Positions 1-7,204 of a DNA stretch of 15,428 nt are shown here, one piece after another. How positions within the stretch are numbered: the stretch's first letter is position 1; every line of letters begins with the position of its first letter. Source of the DNA: Candidatus Jordarchaeum madagascarense (lineage in GTDB: Archaea; Asgardarchaeota; Jordiarchaeia; Jordiarchaeales; Jordiarchaeaceae); the NCBI GenBank assembly GCA_019056875.1, contig DXJA01000257.1, positions 1 to 15,428 of the forward strand. The letters run 5' to 3'. The notes beneath the pieces are model-generated. The model was not told the DNA's origin, ran no database searches, and was given only the letters and a program-made list of their open reading frames with translations. Both the position numbers and the translations under genes were made by a program.

Positions 1-353
1 AAATTTCGTTTTATTTTTTCACTATCACAATATAGAGAAATCAAATTTTAATTATCGTAATTCCAGAAATTCTTCCGATAAGCACTTCCCAACACACATC
101 AGCGTTCTCGTTCGCTTTACTTTCAGCGAAATTTTTAATAAAAAAAGTATGTTATACTCATTAACATAGTACAACTTTAAGGAACTCTAAGCTCTATCTG
201 ATTCATTTTAGCTATACCTCTTCTTCTATGGATAACTTTTAAATGAATTAAAATTAAAGAGTGTTGGTTGCAATCGAGATTTGGGTTTAGATTTTTAAGG
301 AATGAATGATTTTTCAATAGTTAGGAATGTAATGGTTGAGGGAGTTGTTTTTA

Positions 354-1457
354 ATGAGTGATAAGATTGTTTACGTTGATGTTGAAACTCTTCGAAACTT
401 CATGGTTGATGTTTTCGTTGGATCGGGTGTTCCGCGTGAGGACGCCGATATCTGTGCTGAGGTTCTGATTACTTCCGACGTTTGGGGTATTGATTCACAT
501 GGTATCCAAAGGTTGAAAATGTACTATGACCGTATCAAGGAGGGCATCCAGTTTCCAGTCACAAAAATAAGTATAATTAATGAGGGGCCTACAACCGCTT
601 TGGTTGATGGAGGTAATGGTATGGGTCATGTGGTTGCGTACCGCTCCATGCAGATGGCTATTGAAAAGGCAAAGAATTACGGTACCGGTGCAGTGGCTGT
701 GAGAAACTCCAGTCATTATGGTATAGCTGGCTACTATGCCATGATGGCGGTGAAGGAGGGTATGATTGGTATGGCGATTACCAACGCCAGACCGTCGGTG
801 GCTCCCACGTTTGGTGTGGAACCATTATTGGGAACGAATCCTTTGACATTCGGTTGTCCCACCGATGAAAAGTTTCCTTTTCTTATAGATTGTGCAACTT
901 CTATTATTCAGAGGGGGAAGGTTGAGGTTTTGGATAGGGCGGGTGAGCCCACTCCTGAGGGATTGGTTATCGGTACCAATGGTGAATCACTCTTGGATAC
1001 TAAAGCTATCCTCAGGGATTTGGTTGCAGGTAGTGCCGCCCTCCTGCCATTGGGTGGTGCCGGTGAAACGTGGGGTGGACACAAGGGTTATGGATACTCC
1101 ACTCTGGTTGAGATCCTCTGTGCAGCTTTGGGAGGTGGACCTTACCTGAGGGGATTGTCTGCAGGGGACAAGGGCGAAAAAACGCCTTACAGACTGGGAC
1201 ATTTCTTCCTCGCAATAAACGTTTCAAGCTTCACCTCCCTAGAGGAGTTCAAGAAGACCGCTGGAAACATCGTGAGGGAATTAAGAAACTCCAAGAAGGC
1301 TCCCGGACAGGCTAGGATTTACACCGCTGGTGAGAAGGAGTACGAGAAGCAGAGGGAGAGAATGAAAACAGGTATACCCATCAATCCCAATCTCCAAAAG
1401 GACATATTATCTATGAAGAAAGAACTGGGCTTGAACCAGTATCAATTCCCATTCTGA
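354..1457 (+). CDS. Malate/L-lactate dehydrogenase (Ldh2/MDH2 family, NAD(P)-dependent)
   Basis: Family-like motifs GIDSHGIQRL, SSHYGIAGYYA, GTNPLTFGCP, LIDCATSIIQRGKVEV and GGHKGYGYSTLVEIL. The ORF track starts at a TTG (336), but ATG 354 follows a purine-rich SD-like stretch (gaggga) and is the more likely start. Confidence 0.93.
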   Translation: MSDKIVYVDVETLRNFMVDVFVGSGVPREDADICAEVLITSDVWGIDSHGIQRLKMYYDRIKEGIQFPVTKISIINEGPTTALVDGGNGMGHVVAYRSMQMAIEKAKNYGTGAVAVRNSSHYGIAGYYAMMAVKEGMIGMAITNARPSVAPTFGVEPLLGTNPLTFGCPTDEKFPFLIDCATSIIQRGKVEVLDRAGEPTPEGLVIGTNGESLLDTKAILRDLVAGSAALLPLGGAGETWGGHKGYGYSTLVEILCAALGGGPYLRGLSAGDKGEKTPYRLGHFFLAINVSSFTSLEEFKKTAGNIVRELRNSKKAPGQARIYTAGEKEYEKQRERMKTGIPINPNLQKDILSMKKELGLNQYQFPF

Positions 1458-1621
1458 AAAAATTTAAAAAAAGGATAATTCTAATCGCCACAGTCACTAT
1501 AATCATCCTTACTAAAGTTATTAATTCTAATCTTGGTTAGTAAGTGGTCTTTGGGAAAGTCTTGTAACATTTGAGATCTAAATCTGAATCAGAAAAAAAA
1601 GAAAAAGTAAAAGAGAGAGTT

Positions 1622-3271
1622 TTATGCTTTTTCGTCCTTATAGGTGTCTTGGTAGTCTTTTCTTAGTAATTTCTTGAGGATTTTTCCGCTGGGGTTTTTG
1701 GGAATTGTGTTTACAATGATTATTTTTTTGGGCACTTTGTATCCTGCGAGGTTTTCCTTGCAGTATTGGATGATTTCCTCTTCTGTGACGGTTTGTTCTG
1801 GTTTCGGTACTACGAATGCGGTTACTGCTTCCACCCATTTCTCGTGTGGGAGACCAACCACTGTGGCTTCAGCCACTTTGGGGTGACTGAATATCACTCC
1901 CTCTACCTCTACGGTTGAAACGTTTTCTGCTCCGGATTTTACGATGTCCTTCTTCCTATCCACAAAGTAGAAATATCCTTCCTCGTCCATTATTCCGAGA
2001 TCGCCCGTGTGTAACCATCCACTTCTGAAAACGTCGGCTGTCTTCTGCGGTTCCTTGTAGTATCCAAACATTACAGAGGGACTTCTCATCACCAGCTCTC
2101 CGATGGTTCCTGGGGGTACTTCGTTATCGTCCTCATCGAACACTTTTAGTTCGACCGTGTGGTGGGGTTGCCCTATGGGTTCTGATCCTCCATATTTCTC
2201 ATTGGCCTCCTTTAATTTTCTGATGAAATCCGGATGCTGTATGGTTGTTCCTAGAGGCGATGACTCTGATTGTCCCCAGTAGTTCATAAAGTAAATATTT
2301 GGAAGCAGTTCCATCAATTTTTTCAAGCTTGCCTCAGCGATGGGGGAGCCGAATACAATGGCTTTGTTTACGCTTCCGAAGGCTTTACCCAGAAATTCTC
2401 CCAGATTAGGTAAGTTGAGTGAGAGAAGGTTTGTGTAGACTGTTGGGGGATAGACTATGGAGGTGACTTTTTCGTTCTGGATTAGTGAAATAATTTCTAT
2501 GGGGCTGGGCTCGTGGTGCATGACTAATCTTGCTCCGGATGAGAGGGTTGCGAAGAGTAGGTATTGGCCTGCCACGTGGTAGAGGGGTATGGAGTCTATC
2601 AGGGTGTCATCCTTGTTCATGTGTAGGTCTACCGGGGCGCTCATGAATGTGGAATACCAGTTGCTGTGCGTGTTTAGGACGCCCTTGGGCATGGCTTCTG
2701 TTCCGCTGGTGTACATCAGGGTTAGAATGTCTTCCGTATTCACTATTACTTCAGGCTCGGTGTCTGGATATTTTTCCGAGATTAGTTCATCGAAATCGAT
2801 CCATCCTTCTGGCAATTCTACTTCTTTCTTAAGGTTTATCATGCCGTAGGTTTCCACGCTGGGCATTTCTTTTGCGAGCCCTTTCACGTGTTCCACTAAA
2901 TCGTCCTCAACGAATAGGATTTTGGGTTTAGCGTGGTTGATTAGATCCGTGATCTCTTTCCCTCTCAGAGCAAAGTTTAAGGGACATATCCAGGCCCCAA
3001 TCTTTGCGATTCCGTATAGATATACAGAGAATTGTACGCTGTTGTGTGTAATGGCAGCTACTATATCTCCCTTCTTTACTCCCATTTCCAGAAGTGCGTT
3101 TGCAAATCTGTTTACCATTTTGTTTATTTGGTCGTAGGTGAGCCGATGTGTGATGTTTCCCTTGTAGCTGTAAACCAAGGCTTCCTTATTCGGATATCTA
3201 AAAGCAGTTCTTTTTATCAAATCTCCTACGCAGAATCTCCTCATAAGATTCATTTGCAAACCTTCTGCCAT
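1622..3271 (-). CDS. AMP-forming acyl-CoA synthetase / long-chain fatty acid-CoA ligase family
   Basis: ANL-superfamily motifs: YTSGTEAMPKGVL, NYWGQSESSP, GWLHTGDLGIMDEEGYFYFVDRKKDIVKSGAENVS and the C-terminal PKNPSGKILKKLLR. Confidence 0.94.
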   Translation of the reverse strand: MAEGLQMNLMRRFCVGDLIKRTAFRYPNKEALVYSYKGNITHRLTYDQINKMVNRFANALLEMGVKKGDIVAAITHNSVQFSVYLYGIAKIGAWICPLNFALRGKEITDLINHAKPKILFVEDDLVEHVKGLAKEMPSVETYGMINLKKEVELPEGWIDFDELISEKYPDTEPEVIVNTEDILTLMYTSGTEAMPKGVLNTHSNWYSTFMSAPVDLHMNKDDTLIDSIPLYHVAGQYLLFATLSSGARLVMHHEPSPIEIISLIQNEKVTSIVYPPTVYTNLLSLNLPNLGEFLGKAFGSVNKAIVFGSPIAEASLKKLMELLPNIYFMNYWGQSESSPLGTTIQHPDFIRKLKEANEKYGGSEPIGQPHHTVELKVFDEDDNEVPPGTIGELVMRSPSVMFGYYKEPQKTADVFRSGWLHTGDLGIMDEEGYFYFVDRKKDIVKSGAENVSTVEVEGVIFSHPKVAEATVVGLPHEKWVEAVTAFVVPKPEQTVTEEEIIQYCKENLAGYKVPKKIIIVNTIPKNPSGKILKKLLRKDYQDTYKDEKA

Positions 3272-3309
3272 TTTATCACCTTTGGCTAATTATAGAAGAA
3301 ATGAATGAT

Positions 3310-3318
3310 TATATAAAT
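3310..3318 (-). promoter_or_regulatory. Probable TATA box for the acyl-CoA ligase gene
   Basis: Minus-strand atttatata (plus tatataaat) about 40 bp upstream of the ATG at 3271, a plausible archaeal TATA placement with a short leader. Confidence 0.45.
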
Positions 3319-3488
3319 TATTCCACAATTTTTGAGAAAAATGTTTATAAAAGATAATAATATCTCAACGGATAACAGGAGATTTGTTAATTCTACTGAT
3401 TGTTAGGTATAAGGGGAAAAATTGGTTTTTCAGTTATTGATAGCTCCCTAGGAATAGAGGATGCTATTTATTTGTGAATGTTTTATCG

Positions 3489-3530
3489 ACAAAATTTATA
3501 TATAAACTGTTTATATGTAAACAAAATTTA
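3489..3530 (+). promoter_or_regulatory. Probable promoter/operator region for the MarR-ABC operon
   Basis: Direct repeats acaaaattta (3489-3498 and 3521-3530) flank palindromic tttatatataaa (3495-3506, TATA-like) and near-palindromic tgtttatatgtaaaca (3508-3523), immediately upstream of the MarR ORF. Confidence 0.5.
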
Positions 3531-3543
3531 ACAAGATTGAATC

Positions 3544-4095
3544 TTGGTGAAGCACGTGGAAGAGCATTCAGATTCACAACAAGTCAAGATACTACTCAAA
3601 AACATGCTCAGTGAGAAACCACCCTTCGTCCTTTTACACCGAATCAGAGTAATGATAGATAAAGAGCTTGATTCATTTCTACAGAGAAAATGCCAAATCA
3701 CCCTCCCACAGTTCCACACTCTTGCATTCCTTTACCACAGTCTGCTCGAGGGTAAGCGGGTTCCACTGAGCGGACTGGCGGAGATTCTAAAGGTGACCAA
3801 GGGAAACGTTACCGGCCTAATCGACAGACTGGAAGCACAGAAATACGTGAAAAGGACTCGGGATAAAAGCGATCGCCGTCAAGTCTTGGTTGAAATAACA
3901 CCCGAGGGCTCTGCGAAGTTAGAATCAGCGATCCTACACCACAAGAACTTCATGCAAAACGTCATGGGGTCCATTCTCACAACAGAGGAGAAGATGCAGT
4001 TCCACAGGCTTCTAAAAAAAATTGATGAAAAGTTACCCTCAGCTCTGAGCGAAATTAAAACTAAGCTCGAAGCAAACGAACAATATACGGGGTGA
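3544..4095 (+). CDS. MarR-family transcriptional regulator
   Basis: Winged-helix region matching the MarR pattern: VPLSGLAEILKVTKGNVTGLIDRLEAQKYVKRTRDKSDRRQVLVEITPEG. The start codon is TTG at 3544, or possibly the adjacent GTG at 3547. Confidence 0.92.
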   Translation: MVKHVEEHSDSQQVKILLKNMLSEKPPFVLLHRIRVMIDKELDSFLQRKCQITLPQFHTLAFLYHSLLEGKRVPLSGLAEILKVTKGNVTGLIDRLEAQKYVKRTRDKSDRRQVLVEITPEGSAKLESAILHHKNFMQNVMGSILTTEEKMQFHRLLKKIDEKLPSALSEIKTKLEANEQYTG

Positions 4096-4099
4096 TACA

Positions 4100-5092
4100 A
4101 TGTACACGGTAGAAACTCATAATCTTGTAAAAAAATTTGGAGACGTAGTTGCCGTCAATGGTGTAGACATAAAAGTTAAGCCAAGTGAAATATTCGGCCT
4201 CCTCGGTCCAAACGGAGCGGGCAGGACAACCACAATACACATTTTAAGCTGTATGCTAAAACCCACCTCCGGCGAAGCTTACGTGAACGGCTACGATGTT
4301 ATGAAACACCCAGACCAAGTTAGAAAATCGATAGGAATAGTTTTCCAGGACCCAGCCCTAGACGACCGACTAACCGGCCGCGAGAACATGGAAATACATG
4401 GAATGCTCTACAATGTCCCAAGAAAAGTTTTGAAACCGAGAATAGACGCGGCACTGGAACTCGTAGAACTCAAAGATAGATCCAATTATCTTGTAAGAAC
4501 ATACTCCGGAGGAATGCGCCGACGCCTAGAAATAGCGCGAAGCCTTATACACACGCCAAAAATCCTCTTCCTAGATGAACCCACAATTGGTTTGGACCCT
4601 CAGACTAGGGAGCGAATATGGGAATATATCGAGGAAATGGCTAAAGAAGAAGAAATAACTATAATTTTGACAACCCATTATATGGAGGAGGCGGATAAAC
4701 TCTGCGATAGGGTGGCTATTATAGATTTTGGTGAAATAAAGGCTGAAGGTACTCCTGAAGAGCTTAAAAAACAGCTTGGTGGAGATGTGATCACGGTGAA
4801 AACTAAGAAAGTTAAGGAACTGAACAACGCGGTTTCGGGATTTGAATTTGTGAAGAGTGTGAAAGGAACGAGTGATGGTCTAAAAATAACTCTCATGAAC
4901 GGCGAGGAGCATATTACTGATGTTGCGTGTACAGCCAGGGATAACGGTATTAGTGTTGAATCTCTTGTTCTTCACGAACCTACTCTCAATGACGTGTTCC
5001 TCCACTATACCGGAAGGGAAATTCGGGAGGAGGAAGCATCGGGGTCAATGTTAGCGATGAGAATGAGGGCAAGTATGGGGAGGCGTAGATGA
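4100..5092 (+). CDS. ABC-2 transporter ATP-binding protein, DrrA/daunorubicin-resistance type
   Basis: GLLGPNGAGRTTTI (Walker A with Arg for Lys), TYSGGMRRRLEIARSL signature, PKILFLDEPTIGLD Walker B, TTHYMEEAD switch His. A ggggtga SD-like sequence overlaps the MarR stop just upstream. Confidence 0.94.
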   Translation: MYTVETHNLVKKFGDVVAVNGVDIKVKPSEIFGLLGPNGAGRTTTIHILSCMLKPTSGEAYVNGYDVMKHPDQVRKSIGIVFQDPALDDRLTGRENMEIHGMLYNVPRKVLKPRIDAALELVELKDRSNYLVRTYSGGMRRRLEIARSLIHTPKILFLDEPTIGLDPQTRERIWEYIEEMAKEEEITIILTTHYMEEADKLCDRVAIIDFGEIKAEGTPEELKKQLGGDVITVKTKKVKELNNAVSGFEFVKSVKGTSDGLKITLMNGEEHITDVACTARDNGISVESLVLHEPTLNDVFLHYTGREIREEEASGSMLAMRMRASMGRRR

Positions 5093-5952
5093 TGCTTGAA
5101 AAAGTAGAGGAAAAGACTGAAGAAGTAGAGACTGAAATACGCGCTGAGCTGCGTGGTATTTACGCGGTATGGTATAGAGAAACTAGGAGATACATACGGG
5201 ATAGGGCACGTATACTTTCGGCGATTTTCACTCCCCTAATATGGCTGGTGCTTTTCGGCCTAGGGTTTAGCGGCCTCTTTCAACAGTCGGGATTCAACTT
5301 CATAAGCTTCGTCTTTCCGGGTATCGTAGGCCAGTCCATTCTTTTCACATCTATGTTTCTCGGAATTTCAGTGATCTATGATAAGCAATTCGGTTTCCTA
5401 AAAGAAATGCTTGTTGCGCCAATCAAAAGGATTTCAGTTTTTTCAGGTAAGTTGTTTGGCGGAGCCACTGACGCGATGATTCAGGGGACAATTGTTCTCC
5501 TTCTTTCGTTTGTCTTGGGCATCTGGATTAGTCCTCTCGTGTTCCTAGCTTGCCTGCCGATTATGTTTTTGACATCTATCACCGTATTGGGCTTGAGTCT
5601 AACTATCGCTTCAAGACTAGAGAGCATGGAATCCTTTGGCTTGGTAATGACCTTCATTGTGATGCCGCTCTTCTTCTCAAGCGGGGCTTTATTCCCGCTA
5701 AGCTCAGCGCCAGGCTGGCTACAAACACTAAGCCACTTTAACCCGTTAACTTACGCTGTTGATGCGCTAAGAGGACTTATACTGGGCCACACACTGATAA
5801 CCTACAATCCAACAACATTCTGGTACGACTTGATTAAAACACTATTATATGGAAACAATATTTACCCAATCTGGCTGGATATAGCGGTACTAGGAGGCTT
5901 CGCCGCAGGACTAATACTACTAGGAGCGTACTCCTTTGGTATGAGAAAGTAA
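5089..5952 (+). CDS. ABC-2 type transporter permease (DrrB-like)
   Basis: ATG overlaps the ATPase stop (ATGA, 4 bp). Multiple hydrophobic segments follow the typical ABC-2 entry (RRYIRDRARILSAIFTPLIWLVLFG), plus LFFSSGALFPLSSAPGWLQTLSHFNPLTYAVDALRGL. Confidence 0.92.
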   Translation: MMLEKVEEKTEEVETEIRAELRGIYAVWYRETRRYIRDRARILSAIFTPLIWLVLFGLGFSGLFQQSGFNFISFVFPGIVGQSILFTSMFLGISVIYDKQFGFLKEMLVAPIKRISVFSGKLFGGATDAMIQGTIVLLLSFVLGIWISPLVFLACLPIMFLTSITVLGLSLTIASRLESMESFGLVMTFIVMPLFFSSGALFPLSSAPGWLQTLSHFNPLTYAVDALRGLILGHTLITYNPTTFWYDLIKTLLYGNNIYPIWLDIAVLGGFAAGLILLGAYSFGMRK

Positions 5953-5975
5953 CAAAACATTCACTTTCATTCCCA

Positions 5976-5982
5976 TTTTTTT
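5976..5982 (+). terminator. Oligo-T stretch, possible archaeal-type terminator after the ABC operon
   Basis: A ttttttt run about 25 nt after the permease stop, in a T-rich gap between convergent genes. No hairpin was identified. Confidence 0.3.
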
Positions 5983-6013
5983 ATTTTAAATTTTAGTAGA
6001 ATATACTTTAATC

Positions 6014-6931
6014 TCATTTTTTCGATTTAATGGTTCTTAGATATTCTGCCATCCCTGTTCCAACTTCACCAGTATCTAGGGATCTCATTATTACCATTTG
6101 CTCGAAGAGCTCGGTGTATCCTTCTTGGAAATCCCTTGCGAAGCGGAGATAGGTTTTTTTCCCCAATCTTTTAGACTTTACGGTATAGGTGTTGCCTTTG
6201 ATGTCGGTTATATGATATGTAGAGGTGAGGGGGGTTTGGAACTCATCGTTTTCGTTTGTGGTTTCGATTTCCACTCTTGCTAGGGGTGTGTTTCCGGTTT
6301 TTGTTGCTATTGATCCGGAGAGGTCAGTGCGGTCTCCTTGGTAATCTTTTCGGAATCCACAGGACCAGTCTTTGAATTGGATGTGAGTGGCGTACCACTT
6401 GTCGAATTGGTGCCAGTCCCGGTAGCCCCAACTTTTATCCCGCTGACCATAACCGTTAACGCTTCTTTTTGTTCCATCCTCAAATTTGAGAATGCCTTTC
6501 ACTTTTCCTGAGGCTTCGAAATGACCATGCCAAGACGCTGAGGAGTCTCTGCCGAAATCAAATGTTGGAAATCGGGTTTCCCAAGTCAGTTTGAGTTCTA
6601 GTTTGGGAGCAGTGTATAGTATTTTCCAGGTTTGGAATGGTTTGACCAGCTGGTAGGTGAGAAGGTTGTCTGTGAGCATTTTGTTAATGTCATCCACGTA
6701 GCTTTCTAGCGGCGGTTCTTGGTAGTGGACCTCGATTTCGTCATCTATGAAAAGTAGGAAAACAAATTCTCTTTTCTTCTCGTTGGGTAGTATGCCGATG
6801 GTTGTAAAACCGGACACGTTATTTTTTGCATCCGCCCAGTTGAAGTAGTAAGATTCACGCCACTTCAGCCTGTCGTCCGGTTTATGAAGCAACTCATCAG
6901 ATTCGGTTAAGGTGGACGGTTTACTGGACAT
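6014..6931 (-). CDS. AttH/CrtC-like (hydroxyneurosporene synthase/carotenoid hydratase superfamily) lipocalin-fold protein
   Basis: GYGQRDKSWGYRDW resembles the conserved G.G.RD.SWG.RDW motif of this family. Beta-rich, tryptophan/aromatic-rich sequence. Substrate unknown. Confidence 0.65.
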   Translation of the reverse strand: MSSKPSTLTESDELLHKPDDRLKWRESYYFNWADAKNNVSGFTTIGILPNEKKREFVFLLFIDDEIEVHYQEPPLESYVDDINKMLTDNLLTYQLVKPFQTWKILYTAPKLELKLTWETRFPTFDFGRDSSASWHGHFEASGKVKGILKFEDGTKRSVNGYGQRDKSWGYRDWHQFDKWYATHIQFKDWSCGFRKDYQGDRTDLSGSIATKTGNTPLARVEIETTNENDEFQTPLTSTYHITDIKGNTYTVKSKRLGKKTYLRFARDFQEGYTELFEQMVIMRSLDTGEVGTGMAEYLRTIKSKK

Positions 6932-7204
6932 TTCAGACCCTCAGAGGTAATTATTGCTTATATTTTGAAAACATGAAAATAATAATTGCTTTTATCTACT
7001 TCCTATTTAATATTTATCTTTTCTACATGTGTATAAACCCAAAAAAAAATAAACTTGGTTATAGATTTGTAAAAACAGTATTCTAGGACGGCACACTTTT
7101 AGTAGCTTTTTATGATCGAGATTTAGTATTTCACAAGCATGCACAGTCAGAGCTACTTCATATTCTGTTTTTACAAGACGTACTTTTAATCATACTAATC
7201 TATT

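Noticed and set aside
987-1227. Overlapping minus-strand ORFs (987-1202, 1012-1227, 495-716) and plus-strand 892-1149 within the dehydrogenase gene
   Set aside because: All lie inside the strongly supported Ldh2-type gene, with no domain evidence.
2720-2760. Unusual A3 motif YTSGTEAMPKGV in the acyl-CoA ligase
   Set aside because: It differs from the textbook TSGTTGxPKG, but TSGTExxPKG variants are a familiar subgroup in this superfamily, so it is not evidence of inactivation.
2589-3289. Plus-strand ORFs 1674-1886, 2589-2849, 2647-2832, 2922-3137 and 3032-3289, and minus-strand 1638-1838
   Set aside because: Shadow ORFs of the acyl-CoA ligase gene. The 3032-3289 ORF also runs through the ligase start, but it has no recognisable motif.
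3528-5741. Minus-strand ORFs 3528-3719, 3879-4100 and 4678-4896, and plus-strand 5550-5741
   Set aside because: They overlap the MarR, ATPase or permease coding regions and have no supporting features.
6098-6283. Plus-strand 61-aa ORF within the AttH/CrtC-like gene
   Set aside because: Antisense to a gene with a family-like motif. Short and featureless.
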